NCBI GenBank assembly: GCA_963823555.1
Contig: CAWGMA010000001.1
Coordinates: 1,856,001 to 1,920,000, forward strand
DNA from: Candidatus Eiseniibacteriota bacterium
GTDB lineage: Bacteria > Eisenbacteria > RBG-16-71-46 > CAVPCR01
Direction of reading: 5' to 3'
Length of the DNA: 64,000 bases
Under the pieces are notes generated by a model. That model was given only the letters and a program-made list of their open reading frames with translations. It was not told the DNA's origin and ran no database searches. The translations under genes and the position numbers were made by a program. Below are positions 51,207 to 60,512 of this stretch, in pieces (the stretch's first letter is position 1; each line of letters opens with the position of its first letter).

Positions 51207-52319
51207 TCACGCATCACGTGGCGGGGCCTCGTCCACGCCCTCGGCAGATCGATCATCCTCAGGTTTGGGGCGCGGCATCGAACCTGGCGTGCCGGCGCGT
51301 CCTTCCTCGTGCATGAGCCGCTCGAGCCAGCGCCGGTACCCGGAGAGCGCGGATGAGCGTCCTGCCGTGCGGGCGCCGGCCGCTGAAGAGGCGGCCGGAG
51401 GCGATCCGAGAGCACGCGAGCTCGGCCCCCGCGTCCCGGCCTCGGCCCTGTGTGGAGCAGCGGCCTTCGGCGCCTTGGCTCGGCGCGTCGGCGCCGTCCT
51501 GGCGGCCGCCTGGCGACGAGCCCTGCCCACCGACCGATCGGGCACCGGCCGATCCCAGTCGAGGTCGTGCGGCGGAGGCTCGAAGATCCCGGCCCCCGGC
51601 CTTGGCTCCGGTGGCAGAACGCTGGCGGAACCTCGTGGCGGACGGGACACCTCCGGGCGGCGCGAGCGAGGATCGTAACGATTCATCCGCTTGCGGGCCG
51701 GTGATCGCTCGGCCGCATGGTCGCGTGGAACCGCGTCGGGCGCCTCGCCTCTGATCCTGGGTGGCAGGACGGGCTCGAGGCCGGCAGTACCCGCCTCGCC
51801 CTCGGCCGGTTCGAGGAGGGTTGCAAGCGCCTCCTGTGCAGCGAGATCGAACGGCACGAGCTTGAGCAGGGTCCGATAACAGGTGGCCGCATCGGTCCGC
51901 CGGCCCTGCCGGGCATGCAGGATGGCCAGGCAGCGCAAGGCCAACGCATTCTCGGGATCGCGGCGAAGGGCGCTCTCGAGCACACGCCGGGCGGCGCGAA
52001 GCTCATCGAGGGCGAGGTAGCACTGCCCCAGAACCACCCAACCGCTCAGGCTTTCAGCCTCCCGCGCCAGGCCCCGCCGGATGACCTGAACCGCCTCCAG
52101 GAGGCGGCCGCCATCACGCAGCGCTCCACCTAGAGGAAGGAACCACAGACCCTTGGGATCCTCGGACTCCAGCCGGCGAAGTTCCGCAATACGCTCGGCG
52201 AGAGTCGGAGGATCGAGGGAGGGGCCAGCGGACTCCTCGGCACCGCGCCGGGTGGCGAGATGTTCCTTCCCATGCCTCACCCCGCGGGGCCGAGGGGGGC
52301 CGGCTGGCCGACCATTCAT
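51207..52319 (-). CDS. TPR-repeat protein with disordered C-terminal half
   Basis: TPR-like helices (LGQCYL, ALRRDPENALAL), Pro/Arg-rich region, terminal YRRWLERL helix. Confidence 0.65.
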   Translation of the reverse strand: MNGRPAGPPRPRGVRHGKEHLATRRGAEESAGPSLDPPTLAERIAELRRLESEDPKGLWFLPLGGALRDGGRLLEAVQVIRRGLAREAESLSGWVVLGQCYLALDELRAARRVLESALRRDPENALALRCLAILHARQGRRTDAATCYRTLLKLVPFDLAAQEALATLLEPAEGEAGTAGLEPVLPPRIRGEAPDAVPRDHAAERSPARKRMNRYDPRSRRPEVSRPPRGSASVLPPEPRPGAGIFEPPPHDLDWDRPVPDRSVGRARRQAAARTAPTRRAKAPKAAAPHRAEAGTRGPSSRALGSPPAASSAAGARTAGRSSALSGYRRWLERLMHEEGRAGTPGSMPRPKPEDDRSAEGVDEAPPRDA

Positions 52320-52324
52320 CGTCT

Positions 52325-53470
52325 CTATTCCATTGTAATGGAGGAAATTGCGCGTTTGAGGCAAGCGTCCATCGGCTGCTCGTGCACGCTAGCAGAGCCC
52401 ACTTGGGGAGTCAACACGACGCGGAGCCTCCCTGCCCGCACCTTCTTGTCGTACCGCAACTTATCGAGGAGCTCGGACACCTGGAGCCCGGATGCCCTGA
52501 GCGGCAGGCCTGCACCCTCGAGAAGTCGGTTCTGGCGGTGGATCGCATGCGGTTCGGCGAGTCCACGCTCGACGGCAAGGCGTCCCGCCGCCACCATGCC
52601 GAGGGCAACCGCCTCGCCGTGGCGGAAGCGCCGGAATTCCGTCGCGGCCTCGATGGCATGTCCCACGGTGTGTCCGTAGTTGAGGAGCGCCCTCAAGCCG
52701 GACTCGCGCTCGTCGGCGGCCACGATGCGCGCCTTCAATCGCACCGCCCCGCCGATCGCTCGCTTGAGGGCGGGGAGCGAAAGCTCACGGATCTCCGGCA
52801 TGCGTTGCTCCAGGAAGGCGAACAGACGGGCATCCCCGATCATCCCGGCCTTGATGACCTCGGCCAGTCCGCTCTGGAACTCGCGTCGCGGAAGCGTGGC
52901 CACACATTCAAGCGGGGTGAACACGAGTCGCGGCTGATGAAACGCGCCGACCAGGTTCTTGCCGCCGGGGAGGTTGACTCCGACCTTGCCTCCGATCGCG
53001 GCATCCACCATGGCGAGCAAGCTCGTCGGGATCTGGATCAGGGCGATTCCACGGAGGTAGGTCGCTGCCGCAAACCCTCCGAGGTCCCCGATCACCCCGC
53101 CGCCCAAGGCGACCAGGGTGTCGGCGCGGTCGAGGCCGCTCGCCAGCAAGCGATCGAGAACCCAGCCCAGGCGGCGAAGCGACTTCTGGCGCTCACCTGC
53201 CGGAATCACGGCTCCCGCGACCTCGATCCCGACCCGGCGCAGCGCGGCGGTGACACCGCCAGCGTAGATGGGAGCCACATGGTGATCGCTGAGCACGAAG
53301 GCTCGGGGACCGAGTTCCAGGCGATCGAGCTCGGCCGGCATGGCATCGAGCGAATCGGCAACGACGACATCGTAGGAACGGCCAGCCAGCGGTACACGGA
53401 TGCGGAGCGGCCGCTCCGCCGCCCCCCTGCCCCGCCGCCTGGGATCGACCTGGGATCGAATTCGTGGCAT
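52325..53470 (-). CDS. aroB: 3-dehydroquinate synthase
   Basis: ALGGGVIGDL, PTSLLAMVDA, GKNLVGAF, LNYGHT, HGEAV. Confidence 0.96.
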   Translation of the reverse strand: MPRIRSQVDPRRRGRGAAERPLRIRVPLAGRSYDVVVADSLDAMPAELDRLELGPRAFVLSDHHVAPIYAGGVTAALRRVGIEVAGAVIPAGERQKSLRRLGWVLDRLLASGLDRADTLVALGGGVIGDLGGFAAATYLRGIALIQIPTSLLAMVDAAIGGKVGVNLPGGKNLVGAFHQPRLVFTPLECVATLPRREFQSGLAEVIKAGMIGDARLFAFLEQRMPEIRELSLPALKRAIGGAVRLKARIVAADERESGLRALLNYGHTVGHAIEAATEFRRFRHGEAVALGMVAAGRLAVERGLAEPHAIHRQNRLLEGAGLPLRASGLQVSELLDKLRYDKKVRAGRLRVVLTPQVGSASVHEQPMDACLKRAISSITME

Positions 53471-53497
53471 GGCCCCCTCACCACCGGAAGAATGCCA

Positions 53498-54535
53498 TCA
53501 GCGGCGTGTCCGGTGGTCCTCGAACGTGAGCGCGATCGCCTCGAGCTGCCGCAGGAGCTCGACCTTCGACTTGATGGGCTCGAACACGGCAAGATCGATC
53601 ATGATGAAACGGCCCGCGTCGACGAAGCAATAGGTGCGGAACGGTCCTCCGATCGTGTAGCGGTCGTTTTGCCAGACTCCGACCAGATGATGAGCCGGAT
53701 GACCGAGAAACGTCGTCGCCTCGACCCGGGTTCGCGCCGAGTCAACGAAATCTCCCTGATAGTAGCTGGCAGCCAGCCGGGCCCGGATCGCCACGCAGCT
53801 GTCCGCGGCCGGCAGCGCCACCACCCCATCCTGCCAGTGCACGAAGATCAGCCGCGCGCCGCCCTCGCGCATGAAGAAGCGCACGAACCCGGAATCGGCG
53901 CCGATCCCGCTGCGATAGCCGGCGGGAATCCTGAGCGACCAGCCGTAGCGATCCGCGAGCTCGCGGCGGAGCGACTCCTGTTCACCGGCCAGGTAGAGGA
54001 GGTCGGGAATCTGTCGGATCACCTGCGCTTCGAAGGCGGCATAGATGGAATCGCTCGCGACGCGGACCGCCGCCGCCAGGGTCTCCGCGCCCGGCGCCGC
54101 CACCACGAGGACCGTTTGCCCCTCGGCCCAGACATCGCCATAGACTGCGAATAATTGCTCGCCTGATCGGAAATCGGCGAGGCCCTCGCGGCCCAGCGTG
54201 CGGGACACGAGTTCCGTGGTCGGCCCCTCCTGGTCGAGATCCGCAACGAGGATCAGATTCCGCCAGGAGCGGACGGTGGAGAATCGATGTCCAGGCTCGA
54301 CATCGATCACGAACGCGGGCTCAGGCCGCGTGGTGAGAACGGACCGTCCGATGGCCGCCTCGACCGCGGCGACGGCCGGGGAATCCGCTCGGAGGTCCGT
54401 GACGATCGTGGCCTCGACATTGGGGCCCACGGCGCGCCGCGGCAGCTGCCCGCAGGCTTCGATCAGCAGCAAGCCGGTGCTCAGAACAATGGAGATGATG
54501 CATGCGGGGAGGAGCGTGCGGCGGCGCTCGGACAC
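53498..54535 (-). CDS. Lipoprotein, DUF4837-like
   Basis: LIEA-C lipobox after a hydrophobic stretch; PEPAF, DVWAEGQ, GVWQ..IGGPF, LRQLEAI. Confidence 0.65.
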   Translation of the reverse strand: MSERRRTLLPACIISIVLSTGLLLIEACGQLPRRAVGPNVEATIVTDLRADSPAVAAVEAAIGRSVLTTRPEPAFVIDVEPGHRFSTVRSWRNLILVADLDQEGPTTELVSRTLGREGLADFRSGEQLFAVYGDVWAEGQTVLVVAAPGAETLAAAVRVASDSIYAAFEAQVIRQIPDLLYLAGEQESLRRELADRYGWSLRIPAGYRSGIGADSGFVRFFMREGGARLIFVHWQDGVVALPAADSCVAIRARLAASYYQGDFVDSARTRVEATTFLGHPAHHLVGVWQNDRYTIGGPFRTYCFVDAGRFIMIDLAVFEPIKSKVELLRQLEAIALTFEDHRTRR

Positions 54536-54593
54536 GTGATACCAGCCCCCCTGGTGACGGGAGCGCTTGGCGCCCGCCCTGGGTCCCAGATCG

Positions 54594-55910
54594 TCAGGAC
54601 CCGGATCCGGCGCGCAGCTGCTCCTCGAGCCCATCGATCTCGCGTTGCAGCTCATCGATTCGCCGGTGGATCGCTTCGCGTTCCGCATCCGCTTCTTCGT
54701 CTGCGGAGCCCGGTCCGGGTGGAGTCGCGCCCACGGTCACCTCGCGCGTCAGGCGGAGATCGCCACGCAGCAGCTCCACCGTGCAGCGTGTTCCCGGTCG
54801 GGTCTGAGCCACCAGTCGTACCAGCTCTGCCTGGGCACGCACGGTAGCACCGCAGAAGGAGAGAATGACATCTCCGGCCTCGATGCCAGCAGCGGCCGCA
54901 GGGCTCCCGGGCAGGGTCGCGAGGATGAGAACGCCGCTCTCGAAGTTGAGCAAATCCTTGAGTCCGGGGGCCGGCGTGCGCACGCGCACACCGAGATACC
55001 CGGCCGCCGCGGTGCCATGCTGAGCGAGATCGAGCGCCACCTGCTGGGCTCGGTCGATCGGAATGGCCACGCTCATGGTGGCCGGGAGGGGACGCGGCGG
55101 GCTGGCGGCGGGATCGGCGGCACCGGCGGCGGCACCTGATCCAGAGGAACCGCCCGCGCTCTCGGCGGACCAGGTGGAGATGGCTCCCAGGACCACACCG
55201 ACCACCTCCCCGTCGGCATTGGCGACGGCTCCACCCGTGTTCCCCGGGTAGAGCTGCGTGCTCATCTCGAGCAGGCAGGGCTCCGCAGCCGCACTGGCTA
55301 CGGCGGTGAAGGCTCCGAAGGCGAAATTCGGAAAATCGCCGGAGCTCTCGCCGACCACGATGGCCCATCCCCCACGCTCGAGCCGGGATGGCTGGCCGAA
55401 CGGAGCCGGAGACAGACCCTCGGGATTCACCTTGAGCAAGACGAGATCGTGAATGCGATCGGCACCCAGGAAGACAGCTGGACGTTCCGTACCATCATGA
55501 GCGCGCACGAAGAGGTTACGGCTCGAGCCGATCACGCTCGTCGTCGTCAGGATGTGCCCCTCGCCATCGATCACCACACCCGAGCCGACATTCTTCTGGA
55601 GCTTGCTCCCGGCGTTCGTGCTCGAATCCGCGCCGCGCCGGCCCAGGCTCGTGTAGGCAATGACCGTCACCACGGAGGGCCGTACGTCCTCGACGACGCG
55701 CCTGAACTCCTGCTCGCAGCTGCGCAGATCGCCGGCGACGGCGGGGGTGGACACCACCAGAGCCAGGAACAGGGCCGCCGGGCATCTTGTCAAGAGGGAG
55801 CGGAGAAATGTCTCCCGCACCGCACCGACACCTAGGGTCGACGTGTCCCGGTTGCCCAGCGTTGGGCGCCGGGCAACCCGAGCCCCCCTGACGACATAGC
55901 GGTTCATCAT
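54594..55910 (-). CDS. HtrA/DegS-like trypsin + PDZ protein with degenerate catalytic triad (start 55910 or 55820)
   Basis: PSVVTV, GSGVVID, ILTTTSVI, DLVLLKV, PGNTGG, YLGV..GSPAAAAGI..GDVI. Confidence 0.8.
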   Translation of the reverse strand: MMNRYVVRGARVARRPTLGNRDTSTLGVGAVRETFLRSLLTRCPAALFLALVVSTPAVAGDLRSCEQEFRRVVEDVRPSVVTVIAYTSLGRRGADSSTNAGSKLQKNVGSGVVIDGEGHILTTTSVIGSSRNLFVRAHDGTERPAVFLGADRIHDLVLLKVNPEGLSPAPFGQPSRLERGGWAIVVGESSGDFPNFAFGAFTAVASAAAEPCLLEMSTQLYPGNTGGAVANADGEVVGVVLGAISTWSAESAGGSSGSGAAAGAADPAASPPRPLPATMSVAIPIDRAQQVALDLAQHGTAAAGYLGVRVRTPAPGLKDLLNFESGVLILATLPGSPAAAAGIEAGDVILSFCGATVRAQAELVRLVAQTRPGTRCTVELLRGDLRLTREVTVGATPPGPGSADEEADAEREAIHRRIDELQREIDGLEEQLRAGSGS

Positions 55911-55927
55911 CAATGCCAGATCGATAG

Positions 55928-56800
55928 CTAGAAGGTCATCGTCTCCCCGGAGACAACGGCACTCGCCGGCAATTGCTCCACCGGTCGTCCGTTGATGAGA
56001 TGCAGGATGTACTCCTCGCGAACAACGGCAGGCGGCCCTTCTGGAGCAGCCTCGATCGGCTGTCCGTTGACGTACCAAGGAGCCACATCACGGCCCACCG
56101 GCGTCGCATCGACCGCTGCAGTCCGGTTACGATCCGTTCGACCCGGCTCCGCATCGCCGCTGGCGGGCGAGGCGGGAGAATTCGGCACATCCGCGCTCAC
56201 GACCTGGATATCCCCCTCGGCCCTGGCTGCGGTCGCCCTGGGCGAACGCTTCGTTTCGGACGGAGGGGCGGACGGCGGTGTCGCCGCCTCCGCGGTCTGG
56301 GCGAGCTGGGCGGGCTCTTCTTCGATCGGGATGACGACCGGGGCCGTCGGCGTCAGCTCGGGCCCGGCCTCCGGCATCTGGGCGATCGTCGGCCCTCCCG
56401 CCGGCTGGTTCTGGTCTGCCGACCTCATGAGCAGCACACCGCCGCCACCGCCGACCAGGAGCGCTACGACGAGAGCTCCGGCGGGTGCCGGCATCATGAC
56501 CGCGGCGGCCAGCTCGTCCCACCACTCCGCGAACGATGCGATCACATCGCGCCAGCGTCCGCGGGGATGGTCTTGCTTCGCCTCGGCCGCGATCCGCTGC
56601 ATGAGGCGTTCCTCGAACTCCGGGCTGCCTTCGACTCGCGGCACCCAGCGCACGAGATTCATGGCCTTCTGCATGGCGAACATGGCGGTCGAGCAGCGGG
56701 GACAGCGAGCCAGGTGGGCGGCAACTCGCCGCCGCTCTTCCTCGCTGAGCTCCTGCTCGAGATAACCGGAGAAGTTCGCCTGCGCATGGCGACAATTCAT
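55928..56800 (-). CDS. Zinc-binding (zf-HC2/ZAS) transmembrane anti-sigma factor
   Basis: MNC...HLARCPRC (HxxxCxxC), single TM, Pro/Ala-rich periplasmic part. Confidence 0.88.
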   Translation of the reverse strand: MNCRHAQANFSGYLEQELSEEERRRVAAHLARCPRCSTAMFAMQKAMNLVRWVPRVEGSPEFEERLMQRIAAEAKQDHPRGRWRDVIASFAEWWDELAAAVMMPAPAGALVVALLVGGGGGVLLMRSADQNQPAGGPTIAQMPEAGPELTPTAPVVIPIEEEPAQLAQTAEAATPPSAPPSETKRSPRATAARAEGDIQVVSADVPNSPASPASGDAEPGRTDRNRTAAVDATPVGRDVAPWYVNGQPIEAAPEGPPAVVREEYILHLINGRPVEQLPASAVVSGETMTF

Positions 56801-57435
56801 AGGTAGTCAACCCTCACTAGGGATTCAAGCTTGTCTTTCACCATGAGCCTAGCCCGGTTGATTCTCGAGCGGACCGTACCCCCCGGAATCCCGAGCACGC
56901 GACTCACCTCCTCGTAGGCCAGGCCCTCGAGATCGCGGAGGATGAGGGCCAGCCGGTAACGCTCGGGCAAGGACTCGATCGCATCGAGAATGAGCACCTC
57001 GAGCTCCTTCCGCTCGAGGGCATGCCCGGGTCCGGGGTCGCGGTCGGCAAGCGTGTGCGCGATGCTCGTCCCCGGTTCCCTTTCTTCATCCATCGACACG
57101 ACGCGGCGGTGACGAACCTTGCGACGGATCTCGTTCTTCGCCAGGTTGGCTGCGATCGTGAAGATCCACGTTGAGAACTTGCCGCTCTTCCGGTATCGCT
57201 CGCGGTTGCGATAGACGCGGATGAAGACCTCTTGCGAGATGTCCTCGGCGCGATCGGCGTCGCCCACGAACCGCGTGATCAGGTTGATGATCCGGGGCCG
57301 GTAGCGGGACACCAGGATGCGGAAAGCGTCCTCGGAACCCTGGGCGCAGCGAACCATGATCTCCTCATCAGAGAGATCCTTGAGGCCTTCGATCTCGGGG
57401 TCGCGCCCGCCCACTTTCAAAGCAAGGTTCCTCAC
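56797..57435 (-). CDS. ECF RNA polymerase sigma factor (start uncertain)
   Basis: AEDISQEVF, FSTWIFTIAAN, GTVRSRINRAR. Confidence 0.92.
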   Translation of the reverse strand: MRNLALKVGGRDPEIEGLKDLSDEEIMVRCAQGSEDAFRILVSRYRPRIINLITRFVGDADRAEDISQEVFIRVYRNRERYRKSGKFSTWIFTIAANLAKNEIRRKVRHRRVVSMDEEREPGTSIAHTLADRDPGPGHALERKELEVLILDAIESLPERYRLALILRDLEGLAYEEVSRVLGIPGGTVRSRINRARLMVKDKLESLVRVDYL

Positions 57436-57442
57436 GTCGCCA

Positions 57443-57470
57443 AGTACAGTCCGGAGCGGCAGTTGGTTCC
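57443..57470 (-). promoter_or_regulatory. Putative ECF-type autoregulatory promoter
   Basis: GGAACC, 17 nt, GTACT directly upstream of the ECF gene. Confidence 0.45.
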
Positions 57471-57597
57471 GGCTCCCGGACTCGTTCGCTCCGGGTCGGG
57501 GCCGCCGGCCGGCCACGCCTCCCCACGTTACCACCCCTTTTGGGGCTCGGCTGGCCGGGAGCGGCGCGGCGCGAGCCCGTCCAGCCGGGAGGGCTCC

Positions 57598-58404
57598 CTA
57601 GATATCGGACGGCCAAGACGGGTTGGCCTCGAGGACTTCCCACTCGATTCGAAGCCAGTTGCCAGCCACTGGAGCCTTCAGATCCAGTCGAGAGGCAATC
57701 GGTAAGCCATTGACATTCTTGATGCTATCAAATCTGACCAGGAGCTGGGTGCGCCCCCTGGGATCCTGGCGCTCGAGGCGGCGAAGGGATGGAGGATCGC
57801 CCGCCACCTTGGCGGTCTCGCTGGAGCCATCGGGGAATAGGGCTCTCAACTCCACATCGCCCGCCGAGCCCCGGGCTTCCACGATCGTCCCCTCCGGCCA
57901 GCGGGCCCGAATCCGGGGCAGGCCGTAGAGGAGCATCTCGAGGTCGGCAACACCGGCCCCCACCCCTAGAACGGGGGCAAAGACCTCGTCCTCCTCGACG
58001 GCCACTGGAGAATCGCTGCCTTCCTGCCAGGTGAGGCCCGAGGGGTCCGCCCGGAGGATGGCGCGCGCTCCCAGGAGCCCGAAGGCCCCCGAGAACTCGA
58101 TGTCGGCCCGGACCTGGTGGGGGATGCGATGGATAACGCGCAGCCTCCCCAGACCATGGCGGCCATCGATACGAGCTTCGAGGCGACCGCTGGCAAGCCA
58201 GCCCTGGATCGAGTCGATCCCGCTCTCAGCCGGCGCCACCGAGGTCAAGACAAAGCGATCCGGATCGATGGGTGGAGGCGGGGCACAGGCGACGTGGAAA
58301 CCGAGCGCGAGAACCACGAGAACGTGCCCACTACTCAGACCAGCCCCGCTGCCCCGGACGGGCGAGCTGTCCGCTCTCAGACCGACCACTGCTCGCACCG
58401 CCAC
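57598..58404 (-). CDS. Putative lipoprotein (LolB/DUF4292-like)
   Basis: Hydrophobic stretch ending in HVA-C, beta-rich body. Family assignment tentative. Confidence 0.5.
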   Translation of the reverse strand: MAVRAVVGLRADSSPVRGSGAGLSSGHVLVVLALGFHVACAPPPPIDPDRFVLTSVAPAESGIDSIQGWLASGRLEARIDGRHGLGRLRVIHRIPHQVRADIEFSGAFGLLGARAILRADPSGLTWQEGSDSPVAVEEDEVFAPVLGVGAGVADLEMLLYGLPRIRARWPEGTIVEARGSAGDVELRALFPDGSSETAKVAGDPPSLRRLERQDPRGRTQLLVRFDSIKNVNGLPIASRLDLKAPVAGNWLRIEWEVLEANPSWPSDI

Positions 58405-59048
58405 CCCATTTCCCAGAAAGCGAGCTCATAGCGACTGGAGGTCAGGAATGCCGCGGCCGCCCGCGACCTGCCCTCGGGTCCCAGATCCGCGGCCACACGA
58501 TCCATCACCTCGCGACACCAGGCCGCGAGCCGCGTGAATTCGGCGCTCGAGTACATGTCGATCCAGCGGCCATAGCGCGGGTCCGCCGGCCGCCGGCCGC
58601 GCGCCAGGCGCTCTCCGATCTCGGCGAAGCCCCACATGCACGGCAGGAGCGCGGCGATGAGCTCGGCGTAGTCGCCAAGTTCCGCCATCCGGAGCAAGAA
58701 ATCAGTGTAGCCCTGAGTGACCGGTGCCATGGGTACGGCCTCGAGCTCATCCGCCGTAATCCCGAACTCGGCGACGTAGCACCGATGCAATTCCATCTCG
58801 GTGACCAGGGTCTCGTGGAGAAGACCGGAGAACCGGGTCATGGTCTCGAGGTCAGGACTCCGGGCCGCCGCGATCGCCAGCAATCGCGAGTACTCGATCA
58901 GATACAAGTAGTCCTGCATGATCCAGAACTTGAACTGATCGAGGGATAGCGTGCCGTCACCGATGCCGCGCACGAAGGGGTGATGGTGCTGCGCCTCCCA
59001 GACAGGAGCGGCTTGCTCTCGAAGATCATCGCTGAATCGGCGGACCAT
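58377..59048 (-). CDS. tenA: Thiaminase II / aminopyrimidine aminohydrolase
   Basis: HPFV, QDYLYL, LLPCMWG (catalytic Cys), WIDMY, ELAFW. Confidence 0.93.
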   Translation of the reverse strand: MVRRFSDDLREQAAPVWEAQHHHPFVRGIGDGTLSLDQFKFWIMQDYLYLIEYSRLLAIAAARSPDLETMTRFSGLLHETLVTEMELHRCYVAEFGITADELEAVPMAPVTQGYTDFLLRMAELGDYAELIAALLPCMWGFAEIGERLARGRRPADPRYGRWIDMYSSAEFTRLAAWCREVMDRVAADLGPEGRSRAAAAFLTSSRYELAFWEMGWRCEQWSV

Positions 59049-59251
59049 CGCTTTCTCCTCCGAGGCCGGCCCCGCGGCCGCGTCAGACCGGCGGGTGCCG
59101 GAGACGCATTATCGCAAACCGCACCGCGGATGGCGATAACCGCTCAATGTGCATTCGGGGGCGCCTGGTACGAATCTCGCTCCATATACCTCCCCGGCCG
59201 TTTCCCGTGCGCTCGGCGTTTCGAAGCGCACGGTATGCGCTCGCTATTGCA

Positions 59252-59842
59252 ATGGTGGTTCGCGCCGGGACAAGGCGCCAAAGGAGTGGATCTTTGCAGT
59301 CTCGCCACCACGCTCGGGCCATCGCCGGGTCCGATGCTTCCTACAACCGGGCGATGGAGCACATTCACCGCAATCAGTTCCGTCAGGCGACCAAGGCCCT
59401 CGCCGAGGCCCTGCGCGGGGCGCCCGACAACCCCTACTACCTGTCGGCGTACGGCCTCTGCCTCGCCCGCGAGGGTCGTGATTTCGAGACCGCCGTCCGC
59501 CTCTGCCGGCTGGCCGTCAGCATCGTCCCTTACGACACCCAGCTCCGCGTCAGCCTGGGTCGCGTCTACCGGTTGAAGGGTGACAATGCTGCCGCCTATT
59601 CGATGATCTACAACGCATGGGACCATGATCAGCGGCATGCCGGCGCCGCGATGGAGCTCAGACGCATGGGGATTCGCCGTCCCCCGGTGATTCCATTCCT
59701 GCACCGCTCTTGCTTCCCCAATCCGATGCTCGGCAAGCTCCGAGCACGGATCGAACGCGGCCTCGCGCAGTCTCTGGTGCGCCGAGCGAAGCGCAGCCAG
59801 GCGCTCGACGAGATCACGGAGCCGTCACCGGCTCAAAGATGA
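59252..59842 (+). CDS. Small TPR protein
   Basis: PDNPYYLSAYGLCLA, LGRVY, MGIRRPPVIPFL. Start ATG 59252 is tentative. Confidence 0.65.
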   Translation: MVVRAGTRRQRSGSLQSRHHARAIAGSDASYNRAMEHIHRNQFRQATKALAEALRGAPDNPYYLSAYGLCLAREGRDFETAVRLCRLAVSIVPYDTQLRVSLGRVYRLKGDNAAAYSMIYNAWDHDQRHAGAAMELRRMGIRRPPVIPFLHRSCFPNPMLGKLRARIERGLAQSLVRRAKRSQALDEITEPSPAQR

Positions 59843-60512
59843 GGAAGTACTGATACGGCAGGAAGTCGAGCGACTCGACCAGAACGTACCCCGCGGCAGT
59901 CAGCTCCTCGGTCACCCCTTCCGGGGAGATCTTGTGCCCGACAGGCGGCCCCACCGGCAAGTCACCGGCCTTGTAGTCCACGATGGCGAGGCGGCCACCG
60001 GGCGCCAGCCGATCACTCAGGCGACGGAAGTAGTCCCGCCTGCCGTCGATGTGGTGGTACGTGTTGCAGAGAAAGACGAGATCGAGCCCCGAGGGCAGGT
60101 TGGGATCGTCGGGCTCACCGAGAATGGCCTCGACCTGCGGGGTGTGTTCATCGCGCGCCCGCTCATTCATGTACGCGACCATGCCGGGCTCGATATCCAC
60201 GGCCTTGACGGCCCCTGAATCCCCGACCGCCGCCGCGAAGAAGCGGTTGAAATAGCCGGTTCCCGCTCCGATGTCCGCAACCGTGGCCCCGGGACGAAGG
60301 GCGAGCGCCTCGACCACGGCCTCCGGCTGCTGCCACTCGGCGCGCGCCGAGTCATCGAAGACCCGGGACCACTCCTCGGCTCCATCGAAGCCATGGCGCA
60401 CCGTGGCGCTGTCGCTCGATACCCGGTGCTCCGCGGCCAGGACGCCACCCACCAGGAGCGGAACCAGGATCGTCCCGGACCATCTCCACAGCGTTCGCTC
60501 CCGTCGCCTCAT
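59814..60512 (-). CDS. Class I SAM methyltransferase with N-terminal signal peptide
   Basis: MRRRER+hydrophobic+VLA signal; VADIGAGTGY, AVDIEP, NTYHH, FLPYQY. Confidence 0.85.
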   Translation of the reverse strand: MRRRERTLWRWSGTILVPLLVGGVLAAEHRVSSDSATVRHGFDGAEEWSRVFDDSARAEWQQPEAVVEALALRPGATVADIGAGTGYFNRFFAAAVGDSGAVKAVDIEPGMVAYMNERARDEHTPQVEAILGEPDDPNLPSGLDLVFLCNTYHHIDGRRDYFRRLSDRLAPGGRLAIVDYKAGDLPVGPPVGHKISPEGVTEELTAAGYVLVESLDFLPYQYFLIFEPVTAP

